Positions 44,174 through 45,661 of a stretch of 45,661 nucleotides of DNA are shown one piece after another (positions within the stretch are counted from its first letter, which is position 1; every line of letters starts with the position of its first letter). This DNA is from Acidobacteriota bacterium. GTDB lineage: Bacteria; Acidobacteriota; Vicinamibacteria; Vicinamibacterales; UBA8438. The position numbers and the translations under genes are program-made. The DNA lies in the NCBI GenBank assembly GCA_026706755.1, contig JAPOYG010000485.1:1-45661 (forward strand), in the 5' to 3' direction. The notes beneath the pieces were generated by a model that saw only the letters and a list, made by a program, of their open reading frames with translations, searched no databases and had not been told where the DNA came from.

Positions 44174-45449
44174 CGCCCCGCGCCTCCCGCCGGGCGGCGA
44201 GCTCCGCGGCGTACTCCTCGTCGCTCAGGTCGTACCAGCTGATCCAGCCGAACGCCATCTCGTCGATCGTCCGATTGCCGCTCCCCGCCCAGTTCCGGGG
44301 GTCGTGGTTGCCGCGGTTCGCCGCCGTGTTGTCGTGGTAGCTGATCACGTGCAGCGTGGTTCCGGCCGGGTAGATCGGCTGCGCGTCGTCGGCGTAGTTG
44401 TAGACGATGTGCCAGTTGAAATCGAAGTTGGCGCAGCTCACCATCTCCGTGCTGGCGTCGGGATAGATGAGCTCGAGGCACTGCCGCGTCCCCAGGAAGT
44501 GCATGTGCGGCTGGAAGGCCGTCAGCTTCCCCGGCAGGTACATCTTCTGGTAGCCGTCGTGGCGCGTGATCTGGCCCGCCGGGATGTCGAGCTCGCCGGC
44601 CAGGCCGAGCTGCCGGGACCAGAGGACGTGCTCCGGCTCCTCCCCTCGCGGGTAGAACTTGAGGCCCAGGTCGGTCCGATCGACGACCTCCTCGCCCACG
44701 GAGTGGTAGTGGAAGCTGAAGCGCACCTGCGCGTCGGCCGGGAAGAGCTTGCCCGTGCCATCCGGGTACGCGTCGGCGTTCTTGCCCACCGCGTACTCGT
44801 TCAGGAAGAAGTCGTTGGACGCATCGTCCGGCGCCGGATCGGGGTCCGTGACCGCGTAGGTCAGGGCGTGGTGCACCACGCGCAGATCGCCGGCGCGGGT
44901 CTGAATGGCCTGGATGTAGCGGTCTTCGCTCACTCCCGAGGGAACGATGTAGTCGCCCCACCAGTCCCCGGCCTCCGCCGGCACGGTGTGCGGCGGCGAC
45001 GTGACGACGACGTCCGGCTCGATGGTCCAGGCGCCGAAGTCCTGGAACGCCGCCGGCGGGGGCAGATCGGCCGGGTTCCCGCGCGGCGCGCCGCCGTCGA
45101 CCCAGCGGGCGATGGTGTCGATCTCGGCATCGCTCAGCGAGCGGTCGTCCTTGAAGCGCTGCACGCCGACCTTGGGGTCGATGTGCCACGGCGGCATCTC
45201 GCGGGCGACCACCTTGTTCCGGATCGAGCGGGCCCAGGGCCGGGTCTCCTCGTAGGTCAGCAGCGACATCGGCGCCATGTTGTTCGGCCGGTGGCACACC
45301 TGACACGACCGCTGCAGTATGGGCGCCACGTCCCTCGTGAACACGACCTCCGGCTCCTGCCCCGACCCGGCACCGAGCGCCGTGCCGGCGGGCCCCAGAA
45401 TGAGCAGCGCGGCCGCCGCCGCACCCGTGTATGCGCGCATCACTCGCAT
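44163..45449 (-). CDS. exported CxxCH (cytochrome c-type) protein with PHM/DBH-like copper-monooxygenase His motifs
   Basis: 428 aa with a signal peptide. 'FTRDVAPILQRSCQVCHRPNNMAPMSLLTYEETRPWARSIRNKVVAREMPPWH' is a haem-c motif block common in Acidobacteria and Planctomycetes. Later 'VVHHALTY' and 'QPHMHFLG' resemble the HH and HxH copper sites of type II ascorbate-dependent monooxygenases. Confidence 0.65.
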   Translation of the reverse strand: MRVMRAYTGAAAAALLILGPAGTALGAGSGQEPEVVFTRDVAPILQRSCQVCHRPNNMAPMSLLTYEETRPWARSIRNKVVAREMPPWHIDPKVGVQRFKDDRSLSDAEIDTIARWVDGGAPRGNPADLPPPAAFQDFGAWTIEPDVVVTSPPHTVPAEAGDWWGDYIVPSGVSEDRYIQAIQTRAGDLRVVHHALTYAVTDPDPAPDDASNDFFLNEYAVGKNADAYPDGTGKLFPADAQVRFSFHYHSVGEEVVDRTDLGLKFYPRGEEPEHVLWSRQLGLAGELDIPAGQITRHDGYQKMYLPGKLTAFQPHMHFLGTRQCLELIYPDASTEMVSCANFDFNWHIVYNYADDAQPIYPAGTTLHVISYHDNTAANRGNHDPRNWAGSGNRTIDEMAFGWISWYDLSDEEYAAELAARREARGGAN

Positions 45450-45515
45450 CCTCCCGCAAGCGCCGCCTGACCCGTCGCAGGCTCCGTGTCCGGCCCCAGC
45501 CTTTCGGGGACTCTA

Positions 45516-45661
45516 TCAGGAGTCGCCGCCCTCGCGGATCGCGCGGCGGGCGGCCAGCACGTCGTCGACGAGGTGGCGGACGTTCTGCTCGTCGATGAAC
45601 GGCGAGAGGATGAAGCTCTTCAGGCCGACCATCGGCTCGCCGTAGTCGGTCTCCCGGTAGC
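45516..45661 (-). CDS. 3' end of an unidentified CDS entering from the right edge
   Basis: The minus-strand frame is open to the window edge: '...YRETDYGEPMVGLKSFILSPFIDEQNVRHLVDDVLAARRAIREGGDS*', with stop TGA at 45516-45518. GC3 is high. No family assigned. Confidence 0.3.
   Translation of the reverse strand, partial: YRETDYGEPMVGLKSFILSPFIDEQNVRHLVDDVLAARRAIREGGDS

Overview
High-GC (~70-75%) bacterial chromosomal fragment. The pair of secreted VWA proteins with the 'VWFA-related acidobacterial' N-terminus suggests Acidobacteriota, but that is inference only. All calls rest on reading the sequence and ORF translations by eye, with no searches run. Family names are motif-level recognitions and start codons are best guesses.

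Layout, left to right:
(1) 1-1.8 kb: small genes of unknown function. These are a TM/coiled-coil ORF and a possible small-ORF + PIN-like pair.
(2) 2.0-3.6 kb: a clearly lower-GC (~52-57%) two-gene cassette for signal-peptide proteins, with its own sigma70-like promoter and strong SD.
(3) 3.7-24.9 kb: a complete type 2 BREX / Pgl phage-defence locus on the minus strand, in the order pglW, pglX, pglY, pglZ, brxD, brxHI. It is unusual in several ways. pglX is split by a 1-nt frameshift. Three non-canonical genes are embedded: a retropepsin-like ORF between pglW and pglX, a fused Gp37/Gp68(DUF5131)-TcmP protein between pglX and pglY, and a ribbon-helix-helix gene with its own promoter directly ahead of pglY. 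pglX also contains a ~50% GC mosaic patch.
(4) A DUF1330 gene.
(5) A respiratory complex I cluster in the order nuoA-C-D-H-J-K-L-M-N. It has no nuoB, nuoI or nuoEFG, and NuoC carries a 126-aa Pro/Ala/Lys-rich N-terminal extension.
(6) Two secreted VWA proteins.
(7) A tetrapyrrole operon: hemX/ccsA-like, hemA, hemC, and a cobA-hemD fusion.
(8) A SWIM-zinc-finger/HTH protein.
(9) Two exported proteins, one with a CxxCH haem motif and PHM/DBH-like copper-monooxygenase His motifs.

No rRNA, tRNA, CRISPR array, transposase or integrase was recognised. Many very long ORFs in the track are antisense or off-frame artefacts typical of high-GC DNA and were rejected.
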